In this document: piece by piece, positions 11,916 through 23,700 of the stretch | Numbering within the stretch: the stretch's first letter is position 1 | Layout: each line of letters begins with the position of its first letter | From: Nemertoderma westbladi | Lineage: Eukaryota > Animalia > Xenacoelomorpha | DNA length: 35,499 bases | Assembly: GCA_032718475.1 (NCBI GenBank) | Contig: JAUCBJ010000199.1 | Location: forward strand, 1 to 35,499 | Direction of reading: 5' to 3' | Position numbers and translations under genes: made by a program | Notes under the pieces: generated by a model | What the model was told of the DNA's origin: nothing | What the model saw: the letters and a program-made list of their open reading frames with translations, nothing else | The model's database searches: none

Positions 11916-13465
11916 TTTATTTAAACACAATAAATGCTCTAGAACTAGACTGGAAGCATCTGGTGATTTGCCATGCGCTAGAAATTCCAATGCCCATTCA
12001 ACAGTTCTAGGAGAAATAATGGGTGGAATGGTTGTGGTACAGGTTTCTTGTATATTCGCTTTGAGTATGTTGAGCTCATCCTTGAGTTTGAGATCAGGAT
12101 TGCTATTGTTTCTCATCTCTTCCTTAATAACGGGTTGAGCTTTTTCCGAAGCTATTAGCTTATCTTTGCTATTGAAGTAGTTCCAGAATCTCCGCGGGTT
12201 ATTGTGCATTAGCCCAGCTTCCTTTTTGACTTTTGTGGCCAGTGCACTCTTTGCAAGAAAGTTTTTCAAGCGTCTAATTGATCGGCGAGATTCGTTATAT
12301 GCAGGTTTGTATATACTAGACTCATTCTTGTTATCATTGCTCCATAAGTCATATAGTTGACTGCAGGTTCTGATACGGCTCTTTAGTTTCGGAGATGCTC
12401 TGATGCGAAGATTCTTGGTATGTTGTCGAGTTGCAGTTCGTTTAGGTAAGTGATGGGCAGCCGCTTCATAAATGGATTTCTCAATATCTGATGCAAACAA
12501 TGTAACATCTGCAATTGTCCATTGTGATAATTGACTAGGTTGCACATTATAGGTTACTTTCAGTCGTCTAACAACTTCTTCCTGATATTGAGTTAGCATG
12601 ATCGAATTTACCTTTTCCCATGCAATATGTGGTTTGACTCTAAGTGTCCTAGGTTGAGTGGTATGCTTAACTATTGTATGGTTTGTTTTACAATGAGAAT
12701 CTAATAGGCATGACGATGTAGCATGTACAGGTTCATTATCAAGATGGAAATGAGCAACCACTGGTACATGATCTGAATATAGTTGGAAGTCATGCTCAAA
12801 TACTTTCCCTTTTGTTACACAATTGAGCATATGTTGATTGGTGATAATGTGATCTATGTATGAGAAACAATTACCACGAAATGTAATACAAGGTCCGGAA
12901 AATGGAGAGTAGGTATCAATTGCTACCAGCTCAGATTCTTTGAGGTAATTATGAAGTCCTCTTTTGCTTATTTTGAGTTTCCATTTCCTAGGACCTTGTA
13001 GGTTACCTAAGTCTGTGTTGTGTCAGCTAGGATTACGGGTGATGAATCGCTATGTACCTAGAGAATAGTACTAAGCCGCCCAACGTGGTCATTGTAGAGT
13101 GTGGAGTCTTTGGATGTGTCCGGGAAGTAGCAGCATGCCACTACAAGTGGCTGTTGGTATTTACAATAATTAGCACGGATTCCAACTATATCATCCTTAG
13201 AGTCAAACTGAGTTGTGTTGTTGAAAGCTGAAGTCCTATAGAACAATACTACTCTGCTATGTATTATAGTAGATGAGTTATTTATAGTAGTGAAGACACA
13301 ATCAAAGTCGTCATGTAGCCCCAACAGTAATTCCTTAGCTTCAAGCTTGTCTAACCAATGTTCCTATAGCGCGAGGACGTCCAACTGGCTGAGAAGATCT
13401 TTAACAGCATCGCTGCTTGAAGTGAAACCATGACAGTTAAAAGTTCCTAAATGTAAATCCCGTAT
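11916..13465 (-). pseudogene. LINE ORF2: APE endonuclease and linker up to RT domain 0
   Basis: LHLGTFNCHG, DVLAL*EHWL, CCYFP, SYIDHII, YSDHVPV, then NPRRFWNYF and EHL; contains stops and frameshifts. Confidence 0.85.
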
Positions 13466-13534
13466 CGATTCATCACAAGCTTGTAAAGTTATTGTGTTAG
13501 GGGCTACATTATCATTGATGTTAAACATACTGCC

Positions 13535-13922
13535 TCATATTTGGATGGAATGTCTCGAATGGTAACTCGGATAAATCTGCTTTGTTATATCATCAAATTT
13601 GTTATCTCCAGACCTTCCCGTGGAGTAGTTAATCAATTTGTGACATTCTGTACCAGTTGGCCAGAAGGAATGATTAAGCAGTGTAGTGCAGTTTCCGCGG
13701 TCAATGGTTACTCTCATACATATATTGTTGTTGTCAGACATAACATGAGATATTCTGTGATGTGAACAGGGATACGCCTGTCTTGAAGATAATCCTTGAT
13801 GCAGTGAGTCGAGTATTAACTTTATTTACCTTTCCCTTTACAGTTAGATACGCATAGGGGTAGTCATGTCCTGAGAACTTATTTGGTGGTTGCTTGTAGA
13901 CTGCATGATGATTGGAATGCAA
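13535..13922 (-). pseudogene. LINE ORF1 C-terminal region remnant
   Basis: CMRVTI...LLNHSFWPTG resembles the FWPxG motif that ends ORF1 in several LINE clades; directly upstream of the endonuclease. Confidence 0.55.
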
Positions 13923-14379
13923 AGAGGATGTTGGCTTCTAATAAGCACATAAATAAATAAATGAAATAAATATAATAACTAAACTAAATAAATAAGCTCG
14001 TAAATGTCTAGGTTCAGATCTTTCATGGAGTTTCTGGGTCTAAGCTCTAGTGTAGAGGATTGTGTTTGTTTCATTAATCCTTTGGCGCCAATAAAAAGAT
14101 TGTCTCTTGTCTGGAGAAGAGTTTTATTTGATTCTGCTGATAGTCGTTTTAAGGCATTCTTTTTGTTTGCTGATAAAATATTGTTGATGTCGATTGTTAG
14201 TTTTGGGAAATTTACTTGGCTTGATGCAGGTTATCTTTCATTACTGTTTCCTAACGTAGAAACGGAGCACTGACCAAAAACACGGCATTCGCATTGCGAC
14301 AAGGATTTGCAGGTTGAACAGGGATACTGGGATGTTAACAGTTCTTTGTGATCAGGAAGTTTGTAGCACTTTACGTTAT

Positions 14380-14965
14380 CTATGCTGTTTCGCACCCATT
14401 TTCTCGCTTCTTTACTGTCGTGAATCACAGGTGATATGGTTGATTCTCCTCTGACAATTGCAATAGCATATGCTCATAGAAAGATACCACAATCATGGCT
14501 ATTCTTTTGAATAGTGAACTTATGAGGAGAGGTAGTAGTTTTCCATTTTGTATTTGTAGAAGGAACTCCACAGAACCTATCAATTTCGTTAAGAATGTGA
14601 GCGATTTCTTCTGTGACATTGGATGGGTAGATATGACCCGGTGAACATACCCTATATATGAGCATCCTGTTTAGGTTAGCAACGTGTAATACAAAATGCG
14701 AGCCTTTTCCATTCTTTACCACACATTCTGGAAAAAATATAAATGAATCTTTTTGATATACACTGTTGTTCTTCATGTTGATATACCGCTTTGCCACATA
14801 CTGAACTGCAGTGAGCTTGTCAAACTTATTTCTATGAACCTTCTGTGTGAATTGACTGAGTACAGCTGCAGAGTCATAATTTAGAGAGATAATGCCAAGA
14901 AATCCATATATTACTGAGTCAGAAATCCAGCGTTTTCCACTTAAAGTGTCCACATCCGAGGGCAT
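14380..14965 (-). pseudogene. Ulp1/SENP-like (C48) cysteine protease domain within LINE ORF1
   Basis: DVDTL..KRWISDSVI (WLND motif), FFP...SHFVL (catalytic His), QKNSHDCGIFL*AYA (oxyanion Gln, catalytic Cys). The usual DS reads CS, and a stop follows GIFL. Confidence 0.8.
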
Positions 14966-15884
14966 TGGGAGAACTAAACCTGGTGTCGTTTTATCAAGTC
15001 GTATTGATTCAATATATGCTTTAATTTATGTGTCCATCTCAGAGGGGTTCTTTGGTAGGTTGTCTTGGCTGCCTCTGTCGGGAAACACTTCGAATAAATC
15101 AGGATCATTATTGTTGATATCCATGTCCCATTTCCCTTTAGTGTTGGTTGATTGTAGGCCTATAGTTGAATTTTGAGGTATTTTTGAATGGTCATTTATA
15201 ATGTAGTTACTTGTCGGCAGTCAGGGTTCAAACATCTGAGCGTCTACAGACAGATTGGATGATGCAGCATTTGATGGTTGCTGCAGTTGGATTTCTTGGT
15301 CACTGTCACCGGCAATTGATCGAACTGCCCAATTTCCATCCTCCATTTCATCCTCCACTACCACGATCTCATAATGAGGTTTTGGTTCAGTTGGGACCTT
15401 GGTAGTATCCGTATCTGCGTGAGGTGGATTTGAAGATGGTTCAACTGCAGTTGGAGATGAAACTCGACTTAAAAGGTACTCAGATTCCAGGACACCAATG
15501 CCCAGCTGAGCCAGGAGATCATGGGCTGTATGGATGCCCAGGCCTCCCACCAGACTCAGGTTAGCAGACACTCCTTCCACACGTTTATTAATTGCTCATT
15601 CACATTCAGGTTATTACAAAATATCCAGGATCATTACAAAAAGATGAGTTCGCCTGCTTTGTATAATTGCTATCCTTCTTTGTAAAATATTCAGATATCT
15701 TTGTCTTGCGAGTAGACTTAATATTAATAGTATTATTATTCACATTCTTCTGATTAATGGGCAAAAACTGAGGATTCAAAAGTCTGTTGGATCTGGGGTT
15801 TGTCTCAACGTTGGGCGGACTTGGAGGAACCGGAAGTGAAAGTCCATTGTTGTTCACCATGTCATTGGACGAGGATGTACTCAG

Positions 15885-16395
15885 AGCAACTGGAAATCCG
15901 TCGGAGTTCACATGGTTTTGGGCGAACGCGGAGCAGCTGGAAGTCCGTCAGAGTTCAACACAGCGTTGGGCAAACTCGGAGCAGCTGGAAGTCTGTTGGA
16001 GTTCAACATGGCGTTGGGCGAATTCGGAGCAGCTGGAAGTCTGTCGGAGCTCAACAAGGCATTGGGCGAACTCGGAGCAGCTGGAAGTCTGTCGGAGTTC
16101 AACACGGCGTTGGACGAACTCTGAGCAGCTGGAAGTTCGTCGGAGTTCAACACGGCGTTGGGTGAACACGGGGCAGCTGGAAGTCCGTCGGAGTTCAACA
16201 CGGCGTTGGGCGAACTCAGAGCAGCTGGGAGTCCGTCGGAGTTGGAGTTCAACACGGCGTTGGGCGAACTCGGAGCAGCTGGGTGTCCGTCGGAGTTCAA
16301 CACGGCGATGGGCGAACTCGGAGCAGCTGGGAGTCCGTTGAAATTCGACACGGCGTTGGGCGTACTCGGAGCAGCTGGAAGTCAGGTTGGAAGTC
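15885..16395 (-). repeat. 48-bp coding tandem repeat (about 10 copies) encoding NSDGLPAAPSSPNAVL
   Basis: GAGTTCAACA-type start recurs at 15951, 15999, 16047, 16095, 16143, 16191, 16245 and 16293; in frame with the upstream SAP domain; a 1-bp deletion near 15910 shifts the frame. Confidence 0.95.
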
Positions 16396-16504
16396 CGTCT
16401 GAGCTGGGGTAGGGCTCAGCATGATCATGCGTATCGGTGCACGATTGAGCGGATGAAGTGCCTAAGTCCCGACGGAGGTCCTCTGGAAATATCGCTTTTC
16501 CCTT

Positions 16505-16630
16505 TAAATCTAAAAGGCGCATAGCACGCTTGAGTTTTTCTGGACAAGATCCCGTAGTGATTTAATCGTTCTTGTCAAGGTACCGTTTCAGTGTCTCCGT
16601 GTTCATTTTACGGAGACGAGATTAATCCAT
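16505..16630 (-). pseudogene. SAP DNA-binding domain at the N terminus of LINE ORF1 (two premature stops)
   Basis: Hand translation from ATG at 16630: MD*SRLRKMNTETLKRYLDKND*ITTGSCPEKLKRAMRLL, fitting the SAP pattern LxxLxVxELKxxLxxxGLxxxGxKxxLxxRL. Absent from the ORF track because of the stops. Confidence 0.65.
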
Positions 16631-17158
16631 ATCCAGAAATACGTGGACGCCAGCACTCAGCTATACGCCCGTTCTGTCGATCCGAGGGATCGCTTGTTGA
16701 GGTCTCAAACGTGGTTGTAGGCTACGAACCCGGCCTCCAGCGAGTATTCTCTGCCAGAAACCTTCGCGCACGTATTACAGTTGACAGTAAGTACAGCAAA
16801 TAAAATAAAATAAAATAAAATCGGAGATAAAATTAAGTAAAAACACCAGTACTGCGACCGTTACGGTACAGCAGTACGGCAGTAAGGCTTATAGTTAGGT
16901 GTATAGAAACACGTGACCCTTATTTCATACAATGATGATGAATAATGATGATATTGTAGTAATTTATATATTAATTTGGTTAACATTGAATACAGGTCCT
17001 ACTTTAGGCTTAGTCAATTTATTATCTGATGATACAAACATGAATGAATTATTTAAAAATGGTCTCAAAAAACTTGACTAGATACAATTTGTCCTGTAAC
17101 CATCTTTAACTTTTGTTTATTGCTTTGGTGCACCCAGATTAATTTTAACACTTTAACT

Positions 17159-17277
17159 GGGGGGGAAGTGTCAGGGGGGAAGTGTCCGGGGGGGAAGTGT
17201 CCGGGGGGAAGTGTCCTACTTGGGCGGGAGGGAAGTGTCCGGGGGGGAACTGTCCGGGGGGGAAGTGTCATAGATCC
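17159..17277. repeat. G-rich about 14-bp repeat GGGGGGAAGTGTCC (7 units), probable DNA transposon subterminal array
   Basis: Repeated G6-8AAGTGTCC-type units ending at ATAGATCC; G-quadruplex-compatible. Confidence 0.7.
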
Positions 17278-17419
17278 AAATAAATAAATACGCACGAAAA
17301 AGCGATGGTTACCTAATAGTAGAAAAACAATATTTAATAATAAATATAATAACGAAACAAAATATTGTTAAAGATCAAGCCCAAACATATTACTTCTGTA
17401 CATTTTACTATTGGATATT

Positions 17420-17597
17420 GCCTTTGACGCGTCCGCGTGTGTTGGGGCTCCCATAGACTTCAATGCTTTATATAATTTTGACGCGTCCGCAAAATATGTC
17501 CGAGACCTGAATTATTGTCAAAATCTGCTTGCGGATTTTTCTCCCCGGTCAAAATATGCCGGGGGGGGGGGGGGGGCATTTTCGCCTGTCACAACGG
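17420..17597. mobile_element. Possible DNA transposon terminus
   Basis: TTTGACGCGTCCGC twice, then CAAAATATGCC-polyG-GCATTTTCG quasi-palindrome ending CTGTCACAACGG; no partner end seen. Confidence 0.3.
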
Positions 17598-17961
17598 ATC
17601 CACTTACACTGTCTGTCTGGTCCTTTCTTATGCGGCAGATCAGTAGCAATTCTGGCCTTTGACAAATTTACTAATGCTCTATATCCTTTCTAATAAACAA
17701 CGATTGGTTAAACATTGTTTAGATAATTATTTTTTCATCGCAAATAAGTAAGTATAAGGAAAAAAAATTACTAATTCTTCCAAGAATGGGGATAAAAAAC
17801 AATTTATTTAATCAATGGTCAAATTGAATCTTCAGTATAATATTATTATTATTTACTCTTTATCAGTAATATCTTTATCCTTAATTTATATCTGTAATTT
17901 GTAATAAACCCATCATATTGTGTTATAGTTAGAACTGTTATAAAATATTAAATTCACTCAC

Positions 17962-18194
17962 ATCCCACAAATAACTCTGACAGAAGATGTTTTGTCATTC
18001 ATCCCGTCTGCAGTTAACTGAGTAGAGTCCGTTGTCGTTGTGTAGGTTTTATAAGCTCCGACGTTTCCCTGGTTGTTATCATCAAACAACCAGATCTCCG
18101 GTGTACATCCTAGCAACTCCTGTCCGCTGACCAGAACAGTCGACCACAGAGTGATCGACCAGGTCACACCAAGAAAAGAGCAACCTAATAGCAT
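17962..18194 (-). CDS. First coding exon of a secreted beta/gamma-crystallin-domain protein (probable host gene)
   Basis: ACAATG start, signal-peptide-like N terminus ending VSG-Q, then IWLFDDNN...GMNDKTSSVRVICG (Greek key motif). Frame meets splice donor AT|GTGAGT at 17962/17961 just before the expected Trp. Downstream exons not found. Confidence 0.7.
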
Positions 18195-18683
18195 TGTACA
18201 CTCCCTGTTCTACGAGTTACAGTACTTTAATTGAATAAAAGTTGTTATACGTATATTATAATAATTATATTGGGATAGTTAAATTATAATGAAGAGGAAC
18301 TTATCTTGTTGGTTTTATGTCAGAGCTGCATTCATTCATATTAAGTAACGTTACGTAACGCCCAGCAAATATAATTAGGCTGTAGCAACCTCCATCTTCC
18401 TGAAATTCCATGCTATACAACGAATAATGCTGACGTTAATTAGAAAATCAATAGTCGAAATAGTCGAAATTTTGAGTTAAGAGTGGATCTCATGCTGTGA
18501 GATGACGCAGAACAGATGTCCCTAGAATTTTATCATTGATCTATGCAAGCAAGGCTCTTACATACATGGCAATGGGACTCACTTACATATTGTACTGTAC
18601 ATTGCAGCTACAGGTAAACTATGAGCTTGCAACACAATAGTAATAGAAAACCCTAATATATTGTTAAATTATATTGCGCTTAA

Positions 18684-18716
18684 CCCTATTAGTACCGGGC
18701 TATAAAATGTTGTACA

Positions 18717-18747
<31 letters not shown>

Positions 18748-19070
18748 CATATTGAACCCCCCCCCCCCCCCCCCCCCCTCTAAAATCTACAAATATTTAC
18801 GAAAACGTCTGATTTTTTGTTTGTACGTAGCTATCACTTGTCTGGATCCGACCGAAAAAAAAAAATTTCGAAAAAATGTACTGGGGTGGTTATATTGCAG
18901 CACCAAAATTACAAGTAGTGCACAATTTTCACAAAATTTGAAAGTTACATTTTCGGCTAATTATTTTTCAGTACAGGTTTTCTGGGGTGTAAAATACATT
19001 GGAAAATATTTAAAATGATATGATTACTATAAATGGCTGTTTAGTCCTCTGCCCGTCCTGAGTAACCAGC
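18684..19070. mobile_element. Non-autonomous piggyBac-type element, copy 2 (left part, interrupted at 19070)
   Basis: TTAA (18680-18683) then CCCTATTAGTACCGGG; highly similar to 4821-~5210, with shared AGTAACCAGC as the last matching block. Confidence 0.9.
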
Positions 19071-19297
19071 AGTAGTATATATTAGTAGCCCCTCACGCCG
19101 TGGTCACCCATAGCCCAGCATTACCGTCCAATTTTAGTACTCCATCCAATCAGAAGCCACCATTTCATCCATTAGCAGTAGTCGTTATTATTTCAACCAA
19201 TCAGATATCAGCATTTCATTCGTAACCATGGCAACTTCTCAAGTTCCCGCATCTTCCGCTAGAGGCGTTATTAGTCACCCAACGCTAGTACTCCGTC

Positions 19298-19560
19298 CAT
19301 TCACCAACCTTTATTTTACAGGTGTTCGGGTGTCTACACTTAGCATCAGGTAACGTCTACTATTTTTCAAATCGCTATTTTTCAGCAACCAGTATTTTCA
19401 TATTCACCAACCTTTATTTTACAGGCGCTACGAGTGTCTACAGGTAACTTCTACTATTTTTCATTTTCGCTATTTTTCACCAACCAGTATTTTTCATATT
19501 CACCAACTTTTATTTTACAGACGCTAGGGGTGTCTACAGGTAACTTCTACTATTTTTCAC
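19298..19560 (+). repeat. About 96-100-bp tandem repeat (about 3 units) in the left TIR
   Basis: ATTCACCAAC(C/T)TTTATTTTACAG...CAGGTAAC(G/T)TCTACTATTTTTCA repeated three times. Confidence 0.9.
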
Positions 19561-20798
19561 CAGTAACTAAATTTAATTTTGCAATTTTTCAGATAACAAA
19601 ATATTCAACCGGATTCGAACTCGGGACTGTTATAACTCCTCACAATTCACCACTCACTCTCCCATCCAACCTCGAGAGAAAAAGGCGATAAATATCCGAG
19701 TTATAGCTGTTGAATGCCAAGTAATAACTATTCAATATCGATTTATTCATCATAACTGGTCGCAGATGTTTACAAATAGCTTGTGGTAGTATCAATTATA
19801 AATTATTGTTTATTGAATTCTATACTATAGCATATGTCACCAACGAGATCCAATTATTAACTAATGATTTCGATAGCATAAAATGCATATTAATTAATAC
19901 GAAATACATCTAACTAATAATAATAATCTACTTGTTCTACATACATTATCAGTACAATATTGACAGGTTAATTACGTTTGAATATAAGATGGAATGATAA
20001 TTAATGTTTAGATGTAGGGTATTGTTTGTTGTGAGTATGTAGACTACAAAAAAAAAAAAAATTCATTGCGCGCGCAATGAATTTTTTTTTTGGCTTATGA
20101 AATTTCTTCAGTAAATGCGAGACTGCTGTAATCATCTACTTTTTTTTTAGTAAAAAATAATAAACTTACAGTATATATGTTGAAAACCAAACATCACGCT
20201 ACAGAAAAAATATTAACTTAAAATTTTTCACAAACTTATTAACTGAAAACAGTATTTAGCATATATCCAACGTTTAATTTTACATTTTTTTTTTAGTCAA
20301 AGGTAGATTCACTGACATTGTTCTAGAACTTAATAGAAATCTGAGCTAGACATTGAAGCACTATCTTAAGGTAGGTGTGACAATGTGTGAAATATATTTC
20401 ATGTATTATGATCAAGTGAGATATTGTTATGATTATAAAAGCTAGTATGTTTGTTTAGTTAATAAAATAATAATAAGGTTATGAAGTCATATTATAAGAT
20501 TATAAGGTCATTCCATAATCGATACACAAATAGTATGTTACAACTGGAAATACAAGTGTTAACTACATTTGTCCTGGAAAATAAATAATCGACACACAGG
20601 AAGATGTTCTATTTACGCCACCTAGAGAAATGAATAATTTGGCGATTATCAAAGATGAAATACACTCTGCTCCCGCTGGGCGGCTTTATCCTGAATAAAT
20701 TTAGAAATGCCTTCAAAGGGAACAGGAATCTACCTTTGACTAAAAAACAAAATGTTAAATTTAATGTTGTCTATATGCTAGATACTGTTTTCAGTTAA

Positions 20799-23700
20799 CC
20801 CTTCTGTGTCCCTCAAAATAACATACACATTAGTCCCTTGGGGTCATATGTGACCCCATGTACGAAATGTATGTGTAAGAGCACAAACACCAAACGCCAG
20901 AGTGAGTCATTTGTTCAGGCAAGAACCAGGACCATGATTTACACCGAATTACATGAAAATAGGACAACATGCCATCTATGTGTGTCCGTCTGTCTGTCCA
21001 TTTGTAAATTTTGTAAACAACATAATAAAGATATATTATTGTTAGTAGTTATAATTAGTATAATTTTTAACATTTTTTTGGAAAAAATGTAGAAAATCAA
21101 TAAGACTGTCTTTTTTATGAAAGATTTCGAGGGATACTAATGCATGTCTGTCTAGACATAGTATTGTCTGTCCGTCTGTCCCACTCAGTATTTGGTAAAC
21201 AGCATAATAAATGAGCATTTCATATGTAAATAATTACAATCAGTATACAATTTCTGAAATTGTTTAGGAGACATAGACATTTACATGCAAAACTAATATA
21301 CTTAATTTACGAAATTATTGAGCAGTACAATCAATACAGATGGGAAATCCATGTTCACTACAAACAAAGTTAGTGCAAACTGAACAACATAAAAATGTCT
21401 TTATGTCCTTAGAACGATCACACTTATAACATCGCCCTCTCTTCCCCTTCCTACACTCAGTGATTGAGATTAGCTTTGTTTGGTCATTCGAAGTACTCTT
21501 GTGTTGTACTCCTTGTACTCTATCAACAATTTGTATGGCAAATGGGCAACGTGGACGGGTGGAACGCTGTCGAATCCAAATGGACACTAATTCCTGTCCT
21601 AGCTCTGTCAGATAAATTCGACGTCGGTGAAGTTGTGTTTTGTTCCATTCAGGAAAAATGTCCCTGTAAATAACACATGCGTTGTATGCTGCTATATCAA
21701 TGATGTTCGAAAAAACTACCATAGGCCACCTCTTCGTACCACGCTTTACACTATATGTAGACAATGATTGATCACTGGCATCAACTCCACCTTTATATTT
21801 GTTATATGACAGAATAATATCCGGCTTTTTATCATCACGTGAGGACAAAGATGCATCAGCATGCATTGTGCTCAACAGCGTTACAACCTTGCCGCGTTTG
21901 GGACAATAAGAAACAATTGTACAATCTTCAGTGTGAGCAAATATGCTGCTGAACCTTTCCCGACCTTTGGTTTCCACAAATTCTGCAGGTAATTCTGGCT
22001 TATTTTTGCGCATTGTACCCACCACCGTCTGATTGCGCTTTAGAAGTTCCTGGGATAATGAGTATGAAGTAAAAAAGTTATCAACAGTGATATTTCTTCC
22101 AGGTAGACCTTTAGTCGACTCCAATACAACCCGCTGACCTTGATTCTTCTCTACATTATCACCCTGTTTACCAGTATAAGGTTCAATATTATGAATATAG
22201 TTTTTATCACCAGTGGTCGTAACCCAATTTTTTAAACCATAACGTGCTGGCTTGTTTGGCATATATTGACGGAATGAACATCGCCCTCGAAATGCCACCA
22301 ATTGTTCATCCACACAAAGATTTTCTGAAGGAACACATGCTAGAGGTAACTGCTCAACAAATTTTGTCCATATATTTCGAATAGCTGCAAATTTGTCTAA
22401 ATCACGTCGCCTTTTTGTTTTGTCATCAAACCTCACAAATCTACAAATTTGTTTGAATCGTTTCAATGACATAGTAGCGCGAAAAATAGGTCTACCAAAG
22501 TCAGCTGACCATAGCTGAGTTACATGTTCAGTGGAAGAGCGAAATACACCACCAAGAATCAACAACCCAATGTAGGCCATAAATTCATCGAATATAATGG
22601 GTTTCCAATTGTCACCAAGATTTCTATGTGCCTCATTATTTGTCATTTCAAGTATAATATTAATCATTGTAATAGTAAAAAATATATAGAAAGAGGAAAG
22701 GATATCTCTACACTGACATCGAGCATAACGTGTAGGCCCCGGTGTATTATGAATTACATTTCTTTGAGGAGTCTTTTGGGAAACATTGTATGGAGTTTTT
22801 CGCCATGAAATCCCCTTTTCAGCGTTTTTACCTTTATGTCTTGATTTATAAAATAAAGTACTGCTACCCAATACGTTATCATCATCGGCAGTATCGACAT
22901 CAGGATCAGACTCTGTATCTGACAAATTCACTTCTTGATCTTCATCAATTGCGACAGGAGCATCAGATTCATCAGCTTCTTCTTCACTACTGCCAACTCC
23001 ACCTCCTTCAGCATCACTGTCACTATCGTCAATTTCATTAGTCATTGAAAATGTGGAAAAACTGAATGGAATTCGTTGCACACGGGTCCGTACTGGGTAT
23101 TCTCTTCTACCGGTAACCATTTCCACATTTTCGGTACCTGAAGTTGAACTGGTTCCTGCTGCAGCACTATCATTCTCCATATTGCAGTAATGATAAATAA
23201 TGGTCAAAGAATGTGAAAAACTGAAATATTATATTGAAAAGTGTATGTACAGTACATGTACAGCATAGGCCTAATCTCGAGAATTCAATACACAATTATT
23301 ATACAATAACATAGAATACATTATTATTTCCCTTGTACTCTGGTACTACCGGTACTGCGGTAGCTGACTAGCTTGCTACTACTGTACTAGCAGAAGCAGA
23401 CTACAGGACAACTGGCTGATTGGACTAGGTCAGTACTGCAGTAGGTCTATACACAATACCTGAATACAGCAATACACACACACACTGCAGCACTGACACA
23501 GGTCACAGATACAGACAGCAGGACAGACAGCTTTAGCTGTAGGCCTATTGTATTTATTTGTATTATTATAATTATAGCATATAGGGTAGCCTAGGTCTGT
23601 AGGTCAGTAGGTATTTCTTATTGGCAGAATGGTGAAGGAAGGGCCTGACACCTGACAGTCGCCTCTCCAGCTCTCAATACACAAGACTGCAGTACTGCAG

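Larger units (their letters stand above)
11916..16800 (-). mobile_element. Decayed APE-type LINE (RTEX/Proto2-like; clade uncertain) with long accessory-domain ORF1
   Basis: Collinear on the minus strand: SAP domain, 16-aa repeats, Ulp1-like protease, FWPxG ORF1 C-terminal motif, APE endonuclease, linker and start of RT (KSPDASSLVLEHL). Confidence 0.75.

Noticed and set aside
15480-15600. GC-richer patch inside the LINE ORF1 as a captured exon
   Set aside because: Too short, with no identifiable product or clear boundaries.
15787-16412. Plus-strand repetitive ORFs (WANSEQLEV..., ELGAAGS...)
   Set aside because: A 48-bp unit keeps several frames open; only the minus frame links to the SAP start.
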